From Ruditapes philippinarum (taxonomy: Eukaryota), in contig NW_026856914.1 of NCBI RefSeq assembly GCF_026571515.1, positions 124,001 to 188,000 of the forward strand: a stretch of 64,000 nucleotides of DNA, given 5' to 3'. The notes beneath the pieces are model-generated. The model was not told the DNA's origin, did no database searches, and worked only from the letters and a program-made list of their open reading frames with translations. A program made the translations under genes and the position numbers. Shown piece after piece: positions 14,433-28,739 of the stretch; position 1 is the first letter of the stretch; every line of letters starts with the position of its first letter.

Positions 14433-17400
14433 ACATAATTATTCATCTCATCTAAAGGCTTTTTATTACCCTTGTGTATTGCAATGTATTTAGCCTGTAT
14501 GTTTAATATAATTTGTTTGCCTTGTTCTTAAAAGCTTACACCAATTTCAACAAAAATTTTATCACATGTTGGCTGTCAGTTGCTTTAGAGGATACTGTAC
14601 TTAACCAGTTAATCACCAAACCAACTATATGAAATGGTATAGATGGTAAAGCATGTTGCTGAAAGATTCTTATATTAGGTATTGTAACCATGTTACAGAA
14701 ATTAATATGTATGGAATTCATAACTGTTTATAGCATAGCTGACAAAAAAAATTCAAAGCTTACAAAATCATAAGAGTAGTATTAAAATGACTTCTCTTGA
14801 CAGGGTATAAAAATCTGCTGAATTACATTTTATATGTAGCAACAAGGTAATCTCCAAAACCAGTGTACAGTCTCATACTGGGAAGTTTTAGAGGAGAGGG
14901 GATTAGAGATTTTCCGCATGAGTTACAATAGGCTACGGTTTGACAAACTCCATCAAAGGAATTTATACAGCAATACCCGCATCACTAGGGCAGCGGGTCG
15001 CCACGCGTGCTTGGAATGCATTAAGCTCACTTTCTGATCCGAATTGTGAATAAATTATCATACCAATGAGATTGTTTGCTATGCAATTTAACTCAGTAAT
15101 AGTTCTTTAATCTTTCTTAATGTCAATATAAAACTGCGAATGACAAAACAGTTGGTTTATGACTGACACTAAAGCTGCTTCATGTTGAACTGTAACCTAC
15201 AAATAACATGGAATTCAGGTCACAGAAATTTTAACATGCATTTAAAGTCACTGAAACTCACCACTAACACTGTTAAGATTAAAACTATTTAGTCATTGCA
15301 ACAATATTCCTGATCTTGGATGCAAAAACTGACTGTCCCCCCATCCCCCAACCCACCCCTACAGATTATTCCTTCTTCTTCCTTTCATCTCTTGCCTTCT
15401 TTCATAAAATAAACTACAAAAATTTGCAATGTTACTCTCTTATACATAAATGGCTTAAAACTGCAAGAAACACAATATACATAAATTTCGTTCAAGAACC
15501 CAAAATAGAATAAAGCCTTTTGCACCAGTAACGAGCCAGGCTAGCCTGGTTGCCTGGCTGCACATGAAGACATACTGACCACACTCTATACTGTGAAGTT
15601 GTTTTTATTTCGATACTGAAATCCCTTTTTAACTTCAAAAGGACCGTTTCAAATTCAAAGCAGGGCCAAACCATTACACAGTTCATTTAGGGTTAAATGC
15701 AGGTTTATGATAACGATATATTTCAGCACATGCGTATCAAATCAAAATTCAACCTTGTTCTTCCCCCAAGCACGCAAACTTATGAATACTTATAAGGCGT
15801 AAATAAAAGGATTACATTTATTTAAATCTAGTTCTTTTTCAATTTAAAATTTAATCAAATATATCCCCAAATCTTTAAATTGATTTAATGGTGTCACATA
15901 CATGTATATAAGAGAGGGCTAATCACTTTCTGTTTGGGTTACGTTATGGGTATAAGACTGAAGAAGACACCCAAACTGGCATCTCAAGGGCTAACAACTG
16001 AACATCTGAAGCTAGCCATACTAAGCTACCTCATATGAAAGCAACCAATATCCCAGAATGAACTCAAACCAACAGTTTCGACTGTAGAGTGACCTGTTAT
16101 TATTACCAAATCTACCAGGCAATGAACAACTTGCATAATAACATTTGTGAACTTAAATCTTAAATCCTAGTTTAGGCGATGACAGCCACAGTTTATAATC
16201 ATCATCAAAATCATAATAAAGAATTAAACTCCCATTCCTAAACTAAAAACCGTTTGTAAGATCAAACGATGATAAATCATGATAAACGATTGATGCATGA
16301 TGACTATGAGTGATGACAAGAATGATAAAATAATTATCTTGTGTGTTTTTTTTGTTACTGGTTCACTTAACTGCTGTTCATCAAGATTTTATATACAGGT
16401 AAATGTTTTTAAAGTCAGCCAATGGACTTATCATTAATCCCATCAGTACAAAACTATTTTGTTTCACTATAGTATCATGATCTTTCACGCAAAATATCAA
16501 ACTTCACTGTGAGCAAAGAAAATTAGGTTAAAAAAAGAATTAATGAACACTGTACATTAATTGCCACTTTATGGACCAGACAGATTTTTACAAACATATA
16601 CATGTATATTATGTCAAACAAAGTTTCAAAACCAACAACTTCCAATGAACTTATGTTATTAAGCGCACAGCGATATTTTTCTTTGAACAATTTGACACAA
16701 TGATCTTTCATTTAGCATCTAGCAATTGCTGGCACTAATATAGAATATACATATATTTTATTTGTGCCTCAAATACATTAGTCTCAATATTTCCACTGCA
16801 TTTTACAAACTGATATTACAGAAACTAATGTCAGGTGACCATTGGCTATATAATAAAAAGCACAAATTATGTTGGGCAAAAATACATGTGAAATTATTGT
16901 TTTATTTGTTTAGAGTTTTTTTTTAAATTAAAATTTTGCTTTCTCCCCGATTTATTTAAATCACGTTTCAAAAAACTAGGGGCTTATGATAAAGAGTAAT
17001 ACAGAGTCCTCAATGTTTGACTTGTTGATACCTAAGTTAGGTTCATGTGCATAAATGTTTACATGTTAAAAGAGTAAATAGAGTCAGGCAGAAGTGGCCT
17101 TATGTCACTATTTGTTTATACCCCAGTGTTCTTATAGCAAATATGCAAATATTTGACATGGCTGATCTTTCTTTTCAGTACTATTATAGTTTTAATCCTT
17201 AAAGCAAAATTTTTGATGTTTCTACAAAAATAATTGAAATTTTCTGTACTTTTAAGTTAATATATAAACTTGTGAAACTGTATTATCCAATTTAAATTTG
17301 TTTTCTCAAGTTCTGAATGAAGAATTTAATTGCTTTTTGAACAAATGAACACAATGTGACTTCTCTACGAAAACAAATGTTTCATAACTTTTTAATGCTT

Positions 17401-18793
17401 TTGGTTAAGATTTTGAGCAAATATTTCTCTTAAATTAAGCAATTTTAAGGGGAAGTAATGCTGTAGATACTTTCACTACCTCTGAGTACAAAACCTGAAT
17501 GAATAACCTCCCTTTTCTAATATAATCTTGTAAGAGTAAAATTAAAGTCATTTTTTACAATTTTTTTGATAAGGAGAAAAAAATTGAGTAAGCCTCAGCA
17601 AATTCTTTCTTTAAAGAAAATCATTAAAAAACATTGTCAAGTGTACACATACAGTGATCAAAGCTAAATTGTACTCGGGTACCATTCACAGAAAATCCCT
17701 AACATGCATCAAAAAATTTGAAAAAAAAAAGGTGCAGTAATAGCATTTATTCGATAAGAAATGCAAGGAAATGAAACACTATTTAATACTTAACCTGCTG
17801 AATTCAGTTAATGGACTTGCCTGGCTTTAAATATGGAAAAGTCCTTTCCAAGTTCAAAGGATTTTAATATCAAAATACATTAACTATAGCTTTCAACTGA
17901 ACAGTATAAGCTTGATCAGACTGCTGGCCTGGCTATATACTAGTATCAAACGCTTAATATCAAGTCCACTTATTGCAGGTAGGTCAGGAGTTAAAATTTT
18001 TGCATCATTTTAATTTAAAAACAAACTGCAAGTTTATATCCAGACCTATACCAGACCTTGATGTTATATCATATTCTATGACATAATAGGCAAATCTGGG
18101 AAGAAAAACAAATGTTACAAACATTCTTAGGCTAGCTTACTGTTATTTCAGTAACAATGTGTACTATATGTTTACATTAAGTATCAGTATAGCATATAGT
18201 ATATACAAAGTTCCAAAGTGCATCTTGATATGCATACAATCCTGTACATAACAAAACAAAACACAAAACAATACATCTAGCCTTTATCAATAAATGTGGT
18301 ATGACCTTTCCATGACCTTTCACCTGTAACAGCCATACTAGTGTGAAGGAGGTCCCCCATAAGTCGGGGTCTTGATATGGATACGTCCCATGACAATAGG
18401 ATGGCACAGTCTTGTATGGAAACCAAATCATATTTACAAAGATTCTATTCTACTTACTTAAACACATACTTATTGTTTTAACATTGATCTTGTCCCTTGC
18501 TATTATATTTGCTTGTTTTTCAAATTAATCTCTGGAAATTAATATTTCAATTAAAACTTTAGTGTTTATTTACATCATTTGTTTACTATAATGGGAAGAA
18601 ACGTAATACAACACTTGACTATAAATAGTTTCATTATGTATTGATGTAATCAAAACTTTATCATGCATTATATACGAAACAAACTTGTCCTATTCTGATT
18701 ATATGGAGTATAGGCATATACATTTGTAATATCCACTCTTAATTTAACTGTTATCTCATCTGGTATCTGAAATGGACTTTTCAATCTGTATAT

Positions 18794-19028
18794 GAGCCAT
18801 TTCATTACAAAACCAACATAATGGGTTTGTGACCAGCATGGATCCAGACCAGCCTGCGCATCTGCGCAGTCTGATCAGGATCCATGCTGTTCGTTATCAT
18901 TTTCTCTACTTGTAATAGGGTTTGTAAGCGAACAGCATGGATCCTGATCAGACTGCCCGGATGCGCAGGCTGGTCTGGATCCATGCTGGTCGCAAACGCA
19001 CAATGTTGGTTTTGTCGTGACGCGGCTC
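18794..19028. mobile_element. Sola-like palindromic MITE (copy 4)
   Basis: Full-length match to 466-702. Confidence 0.85.
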
Positions 19029-19193
19029 AATATTATCTGTCTTAATTAGAAAAAATTTCAAAGTAAGTATTACCTGGAATTTTTGATTTTTTTCGACTTG
19101 CCCATGGACAAGTTGAACTAACAGCTAGAGTTCACTTTCCCAAATAAATAGTGAAAAACAGATTTATCACACTATGGCTTTATTTAACCAATG

Positions 19194-19533
19194 CAGAGAT
19201 TTTTTTTTTTGCTTATTATATAGCCATTATTTGGTCATATTCCCAATTGAAAATAGTATATTATTTTCCCAATCCACATGAAAAAATTCCAAATTGAAAG
19301 TTGCAAAAAAATATATTGAATAAAAATTCTAAAATCCTTGCAAATAAGGGCTTCTTCACTGTAATAGTGCTTAAATGTTTGAAGATGCCATCATAAACAG
19401 TAATTGTTTGCATCCATTTAATCACTGCAAAATTTCAGTTATGCATTTTTCCCCAATTTTTAACAAAACACCGCTGAAATTCCCAATTCCATGGGTATGG
19501 GTTGTGTTCCCAAAATCCTGGAAAAAATCCCTG
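19194..19533. mobile_element. TIR element (CAG(A/G)GATTTTTT...AAAAAATCCCTG), hAT-like termini
   Basis: Inverted termini and internal TTCCCAAT repeats. CAATG is directly repeated on both flanks. Confidence 0.55.
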
Positions 19534-19994
19534 CAATGGGTCCTTGTTTACTAGGTATTTGCTTAAACTCGTATTTGGACATGCATGACACGTTTCGACA
19601 ACATCTGATGCGAAAAAAGAGTATCCTTTCTTATTATGATTTTTCTATGTAAAGGACCAAAGTCATATTTGCGGTTTGTGGGGAGATTCTGCAAACATGA
19701 TAATAAAGTTTGTCTGAATTATTGTATTTTCGAAGTAGGAATTGGTTAACCAGCTATCTTTAACCACAAATGCGTTTCAATCATATTTTTTGTCTCTCTG
19801 CACGTTTGATTTACGCTTTTCAGATTCTTTTCAGACCCAATGAAAAATTTTGTCCATTTTGTATCAAAACAATTCACAACGCAACAACGAATATAATTAT
19901 GATGCTACGCATTATTTACTAAGGCGCAGGTCAGTTGCCTCGATACGACCAAACGCCAAGCTTGTTTTCCCATAGAAGCGAGAGGCCTAAAAAT

Positions 19995-20545
19995 GTAACC
20001 TCTAGAGTGATTACAAAGTTTTTCCAATTTTGGTCTGTGTGACCATGAATGACGCATGTTCAAAACTAAGCTAAAAATCATCAAAACAAAACTTTCTGAC
20101 AAATTTTCAGGATACTTGGGATGAAAATTTTACCTCTAGAATGCAAACAATATTTTCCCTAATTTGGGTTATGTGACCTAGTTTTTGACCCCAGGTTCAA
20201 ACATGACCTAGAAACCATCTGACTTATTTCCAGGATATTTGGACCTAAACAGTATCCTCTACAGTGTTAGCAAGGTTCTCCCATATTTCGGCTGTGTTAC
20301 CTAGTTTTTGAACACATATGAACTATAGTTGAACTTGAGTTAGACATCATACATGTACAAACAACCTTTCTAACCAATTTTCAGAATATTTGGACCAAAA
20401 CAGTAGCCTCTAAAGTTTTAACAAGGTTTTTCCATATTTTGGCTGTGTAACCTAGTTTTCGACCCCAGGCGACCCATATTAAAAACTGCTCTAAAAATAA
20501 TCAAATCAACCTTTCTCACCAATTTCCAGGATATTTGGACTGAAA
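19995..20545. repeat. ~4 tandem ~130-140 bp units of a dispersed 'GTGACCTAGTTTTTGACCC' repeat (satellite-core, Helentron-like element)
   Basis: Recurrent blocks AATTTTCAGGATATTTGGAC, CCTCTA.AGTGTT and GT.ACCTAGTTTT. Related TGACCTTGACC tracts occur at ~4370-4840 and ~40730-40905. Confidence 0.65.
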
Positions 20546-21079
20546 CCACAAAAATTTGTTTCACAACAGCATGATCTAAATAAATAAAACGGTGAAAAGC
20601 AAAAACAATATGAACAAATTATAGAATAGTATAATTGTTTTTTTAAATAGATAAATATCGAACATAAAACCACAATCAATTAGCCTAAATTAAAGCCTAT
20701 ACAGGGACTGACAATAGAACTTTAGAATGCGTTTCACAGAACACGAAAACTTTCCTCAATGATGGACAAACTTCAGTAATTCACATGTTATGATTAATAT
20801 TAAATCATAAGAGCTTTCTACCATATGTAATACCTAATTTCATATTAGTTTTGATAGGTAAAAAAATTCAGCACTTGGTTGCCATGATGCCAAAATATTA
20901 GACCACATGATTACAAGATTGACCTTCACAGCTTATAAAGTTTTGGAAGCCAGAACTACACACTTGCATGACATACTTAACTTCATCCAGCATTATAAGG
21001 GTCCTGAGATCAGAAATCTCTGGTAACCCCTCAAGGTCTAACACCTGATAATTATTTTCCAGTATATAATTTGTTTCTG

Positions 21080-21230
21080 ATCTCATAACTTTATCAAGTC
21101 AGTTTTTTAACGAATTCAGCATTGGTGAACATATCATAGTATCTGGTTATCTATTCCATTCTGGAACTATATTCTAAGAAAAAATGCTGAAGAAATGAGC
21201 AGCATGCCCATTCACACACTACAGTGCGTA
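21080..21230 (-). mobile_element. Old CR1/L2-type LINE ORF2 C-terminal remnant
   Basis: The broken minus-strand reading HFFS..VPEWNR.PDTMICSPMLNSLKN*LDKV resembles the 'FFS.R.V..WN.LP......S.NSFKNRLDK' tail of CR1/L2 ORF2. Confidence 0.45.
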
Positions 21231-22025
21231 ATTCACGTACAAAATTATATATGTACGCATAAAAATTGTAGGAAGTTAGGAAGTACATGCACGAAAATTA
21301 AACTTGTCAGAATGAATGTTTGGGATAGTTACTCTAATCTGCATATCTGCTAAGTGTCATAATAATTTACCAATTGTTAGGAAAAGTCTAAAATGAGTTT
21401 CAATTATATGACTGATTTTAAAAAGTCATTACATTCTGATTCATAAATATTTTAGCCGAATCTTGATGTCACATGATTGTATTGTAATAACCCACCTACC
21501 TAGAGGTGTACTGGTAAGAAATCAAGGTAATCCTCGCATGTATCAGTGCAATTAACTTGGCATGTAAAAGAACAAAGGGGTTTTTATTCAATAAGAGCTA
21601 GGGACAGGTTACTGGATTCCCTTGTTTCTCATAGCTGTCTCTGAAGTCTAATCATGTGTACGTCCCTTAGGGGTCTGAGTAGGTAGGACTAAGGTAGATA
21701 GAAAATCACTTGATTTTTAGACAATTAATCTTTAATTGTGAACATTACAAATGTCATATGAAAAGGTAATATAAATAATAAACCTTTAGAAATGGATGTG
21801 CATAATTTCGGATATACAAAATTTTGGTTATGGTTAGTAAGTATTAAGGGCTGAACAGAAGATCAGTGATTGTAATGTCTGCCAAATTAAGTGCCTGTGA
21901 TAGTGTACTATTAAAGTGCAACAGCTATTTAAAAGGCAAAGCCTTAAGGTGAGCTTGATTTACTTTAAGGCCAAATAAAAAATATGTCTGGTTCAGGAAA
22001 CATTGGTCCAAAAAATTAGGAGGGT

Positions 22026-22075
<50 letters not shown>

Positions 22076-22741
22076 TTGAGAGAATGTCTTATTTTCCATA
22101 TATAGATGTGTTGCTTGCTTAACATACTTAAACAAAGATTGTAATCAATCAAAGCCTCAAAGCGAGCTTGATTTACTTTAACCAAGAAATAGTATAAATT
22201 AATCATTCATTTTTATTTTACATTTTCCGTTTTAAAACTGTAATTCAGTATTTTATACACTGCTTCCGTTTATTTTGGGTCCTGTCCTATTATGGTTCCT
22301 ATAAAACTGCGCAGGACACCAGACTACACATCCCTTTTCAATCAGTATACCTCGCTTTTATCATTATCTTGTAATTTGAAAAGTTGTCATGTGTCAATTC
22401 TGCGAACAAAAGTTTTCAAAACCATCACTATCTAGCAGGTACTCGTGTTACCGTAAACCTCGCTTTGCCAGCAGGCCTTTTGTACCAGCTCTTTGAGCTC
22501 GCTATTAACATCATTCATGAGCTTTTTGACAAAATTGTTCTTACAAACAAAAAATCATTTAAACTTCTGTGTACCCCTAGGTTTGAAATGTACCCCCAAT
22601 TTTCAATGACAGGGGGTAAAGCACCCTTACATTTGAAATCGAGTGGGCATGCTGCATTATACAGACTAAACAGCTGAAGAAAATTATGCATGAAGTGTTC
22701 AGGTGTTCACCGTGTTGTATCCGTCATAAAATGAAACAAAG

Positions 22742-23240
22742 ATTCACGAATTCGCAAACCTAGCTAAACGCCGTTTTCCGGTACTTTCTGTACATAGCTC
22801 TGGGGAATTCACCTAATGGAGTGTAATAGCGAACTCGTTGTTTTCGACCTTTTTTCAATTTAAATTGAAATAAAACAGTTATTTCTTTATAAGAAAAACA
22901 TTAAATATCATTGTATGAATAATTCCATACAAAAAATAAAGTAAATACACAAGTTTATGAAAATAACCTTATTTATTATGGAAGATTCCACTATGTCTGT
23001 TTGAATTTTATTGATTTTCATTATAAATCATCTATTTTTTTGAATACTTTGCAATGGATATGAAAGGAATATTGATAATTTTCAAAAACATCAATTTTTT
23101 CACCTTAAACGGTTAAATAATGATAGAAAAATAGAAATATCACGTCACTGTGTTATGTACTTCATTTGGTGTAATTCCCCAGAGCTAAAACGGTAACGTA
23201 CCGGAAAACGGTGTTTAGCTAGGTTTTCGAAAAGGTCAAT
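22742..23240. mobile_element. MITE with ~65-bp imperfect TIRs
   Basis: AAACCTAGCTAAACGCCGTTTTCCGGTAC...TAGCTCTGGGGAATT is inverted at 23173-23230. A second partial copy lies at ~27700-27896. Confidence 0.7.
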
Positions 23241-26200
23241 ACCGGTGACAGTGCTAATGAAAAGATGAAATATACTGTTAAAAACACTTAAGATGTTAAA
23301 AAAACAACCTGTCCCATTTGAATGCCTTACCAAAAATTTACAGGAGTCATGGATTTTTCTTTTTACAAGATTTCCAAATTTTGTTACACCGTGAAAAGTA
23401 CTTATGTGTGAGTTTTACAAGTACCTGATATGTTCCGTATATACAGCACGTACGATTCCGTACATGCATCTTCATATAATATTTAGTCACATTCAGCCTC
23501 AGAAAGAAATAGAGTTTTCTTTCGTAAAAAGGTAAAACACGAGTATGTTTATGATAGTTCGACCTATACTATAGATAACATATCCCCGTACTGCCTCTTT
23601 CCGATCAGCTAACAGATTTTTCAACAATAACTGACAGTGAAATTATATATAAAATAAATTCTCTTTCAATTCTGCGAATATTATCATTTCAGCTAATAAA
23701 TGCACCAACTTTTTAAAATTTCACTTCAATTATTACTATGAATCGAGGACAAATCATTACTGACCCATTTTCCAGTTCTTCAAAATTTCACAACCACTTT
23801 TCAATCAGTTAACAAAATATAAACTGTACCACATAAAAATTGTCATACTATGTTAAAATATAATTAGTTCTGTATTTTGGAGAAATTTTGACAAACTCAA
23901 CTTCAGATAAATGGTAATAAACAATTTTAACCTAATTATAATGCCATTTTTCAATCTAGATATCTATTTGCAGTGGTAAAGCTGTCACAATTGGGGTATG
24001 GATGTACATTTCAATTTGCATAACAGATAAAGCATGTTCTTGTGAAATTTTTAGGATCTTAGGGTCTATATGACCCCATTCTAGTGACTGCTTACTGAAA
24101 AGTTATCATAGACAATGTTTTTCCTTGGTTAAGTGACTGTTACTTTACTGATGTATTACCTCCCAATTAAAAACTGTATGGTAAAATATGTACATATTAA
24201 AATTACAGCTTTTGAAGTGCAGTATATATTATGAATTCATGATATTGAAACAGTTGTCCAACTTAGTATCCATTTCTGCAGACTGACAAAAAACTGAGTC
24301 TGTAAATCAATTATTTTTAGAAAATTATTGCGATTTGTAACTTGGAAAATAAAGGATTAGTGGAAAACACACATTTTACATATTTTGAACTAAAATGCTA
24401 GCATTTTCTTTTTTTATCGCCATAATTGACATTGCTGCTGATAAATTTAGTCAAGGTGAATACAAGATGTTCTTACAGTTTGGTTACATGACAAATAAGG
24501 TCAAAAATAAAAAAATTCTAGTGATGATTTGTAACCAAAGGGAAATAATCAGTTGTAGTTTATTGATTGAAATCTGTAGGAGTGATTTCCCTTGGCTGTT
24601 TTATTAGTTAATCATGCGTGTAATTGTTCCCGCCGTTTTCTGAGTTGTCATCAGTTTTTGGTAGAAGGCAGACATGTTTTTCAGTTGTTTAAAATAATAA
24701 ATTGGTTATTAATTCTTAAATAGGATTTTGGATTTTGGATTGAGGTTGGTGAAGTTTAATATTGGTTGCTTACTTTGTTTAAGTGAGTTACAAATGAGCT
24801 GTGTGTCTAAAGTTTATTAAAATAAGATATTCATGTATATTGTACATGATTTGTTTACAATGCATCTGATAATGGCAGCATATTTAAAGTAATATCTATT
24901 TGCAGTAATTAATATAAATCACTGTCATTCTCTATTGTGCACATGTTTAATTACAGTATGTTGCAGTAACATCACAAGATTGAGAGGATTTTTGTATGAG
25001 TGTCATTGAGTCCAATCCACAATTGGTATGTATAATTGTACAAGTCATATTATTGTTTTACTATTTTATAAGTTTACTATATTCATTTAATAGACCACTG
25101 GATTGAATTATTTAATATTTAATATAATACAGAAAACAGTACTTGGAATGTTCAGTCATTAATTTAGAAGTAATTAATTGATGTAATGGTTTAATGACTG
25201 TTATATTGGCTATTTGATGTGAGATGTTTGTTATAATCATGCTATGACTTAAATTGTATATATTGTGTTGTGTTAATGATCTCAGTATGTACATGTATTT
25301 AGTATTGCTATATTTGTTTGTTTCAGGGCTTGATCTTCATATTGATCTTCATATTGATATCTACATTTCATACTGATTATATATTGATTGGTGCTTTAAC
25401 AAGTGCTTGATGTGAAGTTGTGATGTGACTTTAACCTCTTGGGTTAAATCTACTGGAAGCTTTATATTATATAGTAATATACTGAGATCATACAATGAAT
25501 GGACATTTCAATTAAAAGTATTGAACGAACTCAGCCTCGTTGATATTTATTCCTTTACATCTTTAAGGGCATAATTTTAACAAAGGTAACAGATTGAAAA
25601 GTGGTTGTGATTGAAAACTGGCAGTATGTGGATACTGTGGGTGTTATGTTTTTTTATCTGATAAAGAAACCCAGTGTCTCACAGGTTAGTATAACCTAAA
25701 ATCAAGTATATCACGTGTTTATAGTATGAAATAAATTTACATATTTATTTCTATTATCCATAGACAAAGATAACAGTTTTTTATGTCTCTGTATTATCGG
25801 AGGTAAACACTCGTTATCATTCTGAAAATATTGAAGTAGGTCATTCACCTTGAAGTTTTAAAGATAGGGTTGGAAATCATGTCCAGTAAACTTTAAGAAA
25901 AAATTCCCTCGCACTTTAAATGTGTTTGCACGATTGAAACGAAACGATTGACCTTGTATATTGAGATGGGCAAATTAATTAAAAATATTTTGCAGTTCAA
26001 ACAAACAACAACAACAACAAAACAACGTACAGTTGGTCGAACATATTTCGATTGGATAAAATTAATAATGTTAAACCTTATTTTTTTAATCTAAGCATTA
26101 ACAATCGTCGGTATATGATTTTTGGCCTCGTGGGTATCCGACGATGAGCATTAACTTACCTTTTTAAGTTTTATACAGTAGGTCGTAATATTGTTAAATT

Positions 26201-26494
26201 GTAGGTGAATCTTTGTAAAATTCAGTTCAATGGTTTCCAGTAAATCACAAGCATCAAGATTGTCCTAAAAATGAACTCTCAATAAATATTCACATTCACC
26301 ACAGAAACAACTATATGTTTGCCCTTAGCTTATGGTATTTGGTATCTGGCATCACCTTGCTGTCTATTGTAATATTTATGTTAATCATGCCTTCCACCTG
26401 GATCAAAACCGGCCCATTCCGAGGTCTTTAGTCTGAATAGGAAAGCGTATTTAGATCTCCTCTGAAAATAGAGTGCTAGAGTTAAGAGATCTAG

Positions 26495-27330
26495 TCAAAT
26501 CGCATTTTATTGTTTTTCTTTCAATACAAAACAAATACAATTTCCCATACATACATAACACAAGCAATTGATCAAGAAAAATATAATAATAATAATAATA
26601 ATAATATAATATTAATAATAATAATAATAAAGTTGCAATATAAGATTTAACAACATTAGAGGGTTTGCCCATAAATTTTGTTGCAGTCAATAGATATTGT
26701 TCAATATACATTACACACATGTATAATTAGCATCAATATGATAATACTTGGAAAATAAAATACATCTTTAAGATGGCAAATGGCCCGACTAAAAATAATT
26801 TTTGAAAGAAAGAATAAAGAAGAAGAAATAAAGAAAAACGATGAAAGAAAGGCAAAATCACTAAGCTGAATATTCCTCTCCAGTTCTTCCATCATCGTTA
26901 TCGATATCGTAAATAACAATAACATTTTGAAAGTAGGAGACTATAAGATCTAGACGTTGTCTAGCCTTCTTGAAAATTTGATAAGAATTTAAACATAGTG
27001 GAATTCGTATTTTTGTCGTCATCAGTATGGTCACTGGTACTAGATAGTTTATACCACGAAGAGAACGATAAACACGATGAAAAAGATAAATGGCAGTCTC
27101 TGGTCCGTTTACAAATGAAACTTAGTTTGATTGTCTGCGTCTTAAGAATAAAAACCGCATTCACAGTTTGAACTGTCGGCATTTAGATTACTACACTTAT
27201 TTTCAATTCGTGTGTGGGGTATTATGTAAACGTCTGTCATCAGAAAAGATCTATGACGGAACTTTAAAATATGTTTTAGACATCTTGTATGCAATAGTGC
27301 GTAGTTACTATCCACAAAATATACAAGTAA
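26495..27330 (-). mobile_element. Degenerate 3' fragment of the same CR1 family as 58545-62568
   Basis: TCTGCGTCTT.AGAATAAAAACCGCATTCACA.TTTGAA and CTACACTTATTT...CGTGTGTGG match 59260-59370. ACAACATTAGAG and the tail ATTTTATTG match the 3' UTR. Confidence 0.75.
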
Positions 27331-27699
27331 AATGGTTTCCTGCGGTGAACATTTTAATGATATAAAGATATTTCATTTAACTAGTTTCAACATTATTTGG
27401 GGGGGGGGGGATAAATTAACGTTTGTATCAGGAATATAGTTGACAATAATCGATCAATATAGAAGAAGGTATTTGGAAACTGGTGACCGTTGAAGAACAT
27501 AAAACAATTATTTCTTTTTAAGAAAATGATTAAATAGGCCTACCATTTTATGAATTATTCCGAGCAAAAAATAAATTAAGTAAACACACAAGTTTACGCA
27601 GAAAATATCTCTATTTATTATGGCAGATGCCACTACGAATATTTTAATTTTGTAGATTTTCAGTTTAAACAATTTATTGTTTGTAAAATTGAGATAGAT

Positions 27700-27896
27700 A
27701 TTAAAGAAACATTGATAATTTTCAAACACATCATTCAAGTTTTTCCACCTTAAACGGTAAAATAATCATAGAAAATTAGAAATATCACGTAATAGTTTTT
27801 TGTTCTCAATTAGGTATAATTCGGACTAATTCCCTACAGGTGAATCCGTAACGTACCGGCTAACGGTATTTAGCTGGGTTTTCGAAAAGGTCAATT
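27700..27896. mobile_element. Partial second copy of the 22742-23240 MITE (right end)
   Basis: Shared ATTGATAATTTTCAAA...CACCTTAAACGG...GTAACGTACCGG...TTTAGCT.GGTTTTCGAAAAGGTCAAT. Confidence 0.65.
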
Positions 27897-28584
27897 AACC
27901 AATCATATACGGTTTACATATCACATGCTCCTCCATGTACCGAAAACAGGTCACGTGCTCCTCCATGCCTCAAAAGTTAAACGCGTACCAATACCCTGCG
28001 GTCTCCAGACCGCAGGGAATAAATCATGTCACTTGACTATTAAAATGTCCTACCACCTACCATGGGGCCACTCTTTCATTTAATTTTGTAAAAAAAACTA
28101 ATTTTAAATTTTCTCAAATACTACAATGCCTATACCTAAGATATTTGGCATGTTGAATCACTTTCTTATTCTCATTAATAGTGTCCACAAGATCAAAATT
28201 GATGGTTATTTAGTATAAATAGACATATGCATAACCCTATGTGGATCTCATTAACTGAAGCTACATTCCTTCAGCCTAAATACTTTAAAACATATAGACA
28301 AATAAACCTCAAAAAAGTTTTTGTTAAACATGTCCAATGAGTCAAAATAGGCCTGCAAAGGTTCACTTTTGATACATTGACCTTTTACTAAGTGTTAAGG
28401 AAACATAATTTAAACGTCGTCACCTCAGAACCAACAGTACCCAGTGTAGCATCACCTTTTGGTACTCTACAATAATTATCTACAGCACACAACTTAGGTC
28501 AAAACTGGTATTACCCTTGTCGTCACTTGTTATACTCGTATCTAGGACAACACAGTTAAAAGTTGTTGATGTGAACTACGTACG

Positions 28585-28739
28585 TGTACATGGCATTGAG
28601 ACTGTAGCATTGCCTAGTGAACATTTTAAAAAGACATGATTTTTGGCCCTTAGTTAAAATGGCTCTGCTCTGCCGTGATGTGACCCAGTGATTTATTTCT
28701 GCATTGAAATGAAAGAAAATTCGAATCTAACGTATAATC
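28585..28739 (+). repeat. ~155-bp direct repeat, second copy at 31083-31240
   Basis: GTGTACATGGC.TTGAGACT.TAGCATTGCCTAGTGAACATTTTAAAAAGACAT...GAAAGAAAATTCGAATC.AACGTATAAT is present twice. Confidence 0.85.

Noticed and set aside
21925-22206. Poly-lysine ORF or retrocopy poly(A) tail
   Set aside because: It is a homopolymer T run within a decayed repeat, with no adjacent processed-gene body.
22430-22545. Minus-strand reading KNNFVKKLMNDVNSELKELVQKACWQSEVYGNTSTC*
   Set aside because: It looks helical but is short, has no convincing splice sites, and matches no family I recognise.
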